Source: Balanoglossus misakiensis
Lineage: Eukaryota > Animalia > Hemichordata
Reading direction: 5' to 3'
Assembly: GCA_040954595.2 (NCBI GenBank)
Contig: CM082588.2
Coordinates: 8,230,844-8,294,843 of the forward strand
Length of the DNA: 64,000 nt
Shown: piece after piece, positions 63,101 through 64,000 of the stretch
How the letters are laid out: the number at the start of each line of letters is the position of its first letter
Numbering within the stretch: position 1 is the first letter of the stretch
Translations under genes and position numbers: made by a program
Notes under the pieces: generated by a model
What the model was told of the DNA's origin: nothing
The model's database searches: none
Seen by the model: the letters and a program-made list of their open reading frames with translations, nothing else

Positions 63101-63989
63101 TGCCTATCACCGTTCAACTTATGCGCATCACCTTATAACGTAACCACACCATATAACGACGTATGCCCATCACCTTATAACGTAACCACACCATATAACG
63201 ACGTATGCCCATCACCTTATAACGTAACCACACCATATAACGACGTTTGCCCATCACCTTATAACGTAACCACACCATATAACGACGTATGCCCATCACC
63301 TTATAATGTAACCACACCATATAACGACGTATGCCCATCACCTTATAACGTAACCACACCATATAACGACGTATGCCCATCACCTTATAACGTAAGCACA
63401 CCATATAACGACGTATGCCCATCTCCTTATAACGTAAGCACACCATATAACGACGTATGCCCATCACCTTATAACGTAACCACACCATATAACGACGTAT
63501 GCCCATCACCTTATAACGTATGCGCACCACCTTATAACGTATGTGCATCACCTTATAACGTATGCGCATCACCTTATAACGTAAGCGCATCACCTTATAA
63601 AGTGTTCACATCACCTTATAACTTATGCCCATCACCTTATGTATGCCTATCACCGTTCAACTTATGCGCATCACCTTATAACGCAAGAACATCACAGTAT
63701 AACGTGTGCCCATCACCTTATACCGCATGCGCATCACCTTATAACGTATGCCCATCACCTTATACCGCATGCTCATCACCTTATAACGTATGCCCATCAC
63801 CTTATAACATATGTGCATCACCTTATAACGTATGCGCATCACCTTATAATGTATGCCCATCACCTTATAACGTATGTGCATTACCTTATAACGTATGCCC
63901 ATCACCTTATAACGTATGCACATCATTATATAAAGAATCCCCATGTCAACATAATTTTATGTCACTTAAGACAGTCACGGCTTTCCATA
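60114..63989. mobile_element. Foldback element, ~3.9 kb, whose arms are built of a 21-bp minisatellite
   Basis: Termini tatggaaagccgtg.../...cacggctttccata; unit gttataaggtgatgcgcatac at 60180-61370, inverted at 62170-63920; inner palindrome 61423-62039; flanks ttggta/atggta; empty site at ~18100. Confidence 0.85.
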
Positions 63990-64000
63990 ATGGTATGTTA

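Noticed and set aside
60159-63944. Long ORFs (405 aa RYKVM repeats and similar) and a CRISPR-like appearance
   Set aside because: These are translations of a 21-bp minisatellite. There are no unique spacers and no cas genes, and the context is eukaryotic.

Overview
This is eukaryotic, intron-containing, AT-rich animal DNA, most likely an invertebrate deuterostome (inference from the gene repertoire). The first ~10 kb holds ordinary genes: the 5' end of MAP3K4/MEKK4, an intronless FkbM-type methyltransferase, and a PRSS23/35-like protease homologue lacking its catalytic His and Ser. From ~12 kb on is a tandemly duplicated innate-immunity-like locus on the minus strand. Hand-splicing gives two frame-consistent multi-exon genes with the same N-terminal cassette of phase-1 exons (GT4 glycosyltransferase-like, linker, TRADD-N-like, unknown 105-aa domain, coiled coil) but different C-termini. 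Gene A (16802-23630, ~1352 aa) ends in an IFIT-like TPR domain. Gene B (34258-50890, ~1684 aa) ends in a PIDD-like ZU5-ZU5-UPA unit with an intact HFS autoproteolysis motif plus a death effector domain; its junction across a 3.9-kb foldback insertion is the least certain part. A third unit (orphan gene plus frameshifted IFIT exon) starts at 56.6 kb. The region also holds two ~3.9-kb foldback palindromes, a decayed CR1/L2-type LINE, a solo LTR, many MITEs and microsatellites. All domain calls come from motif recognition by eye, not from database searches.
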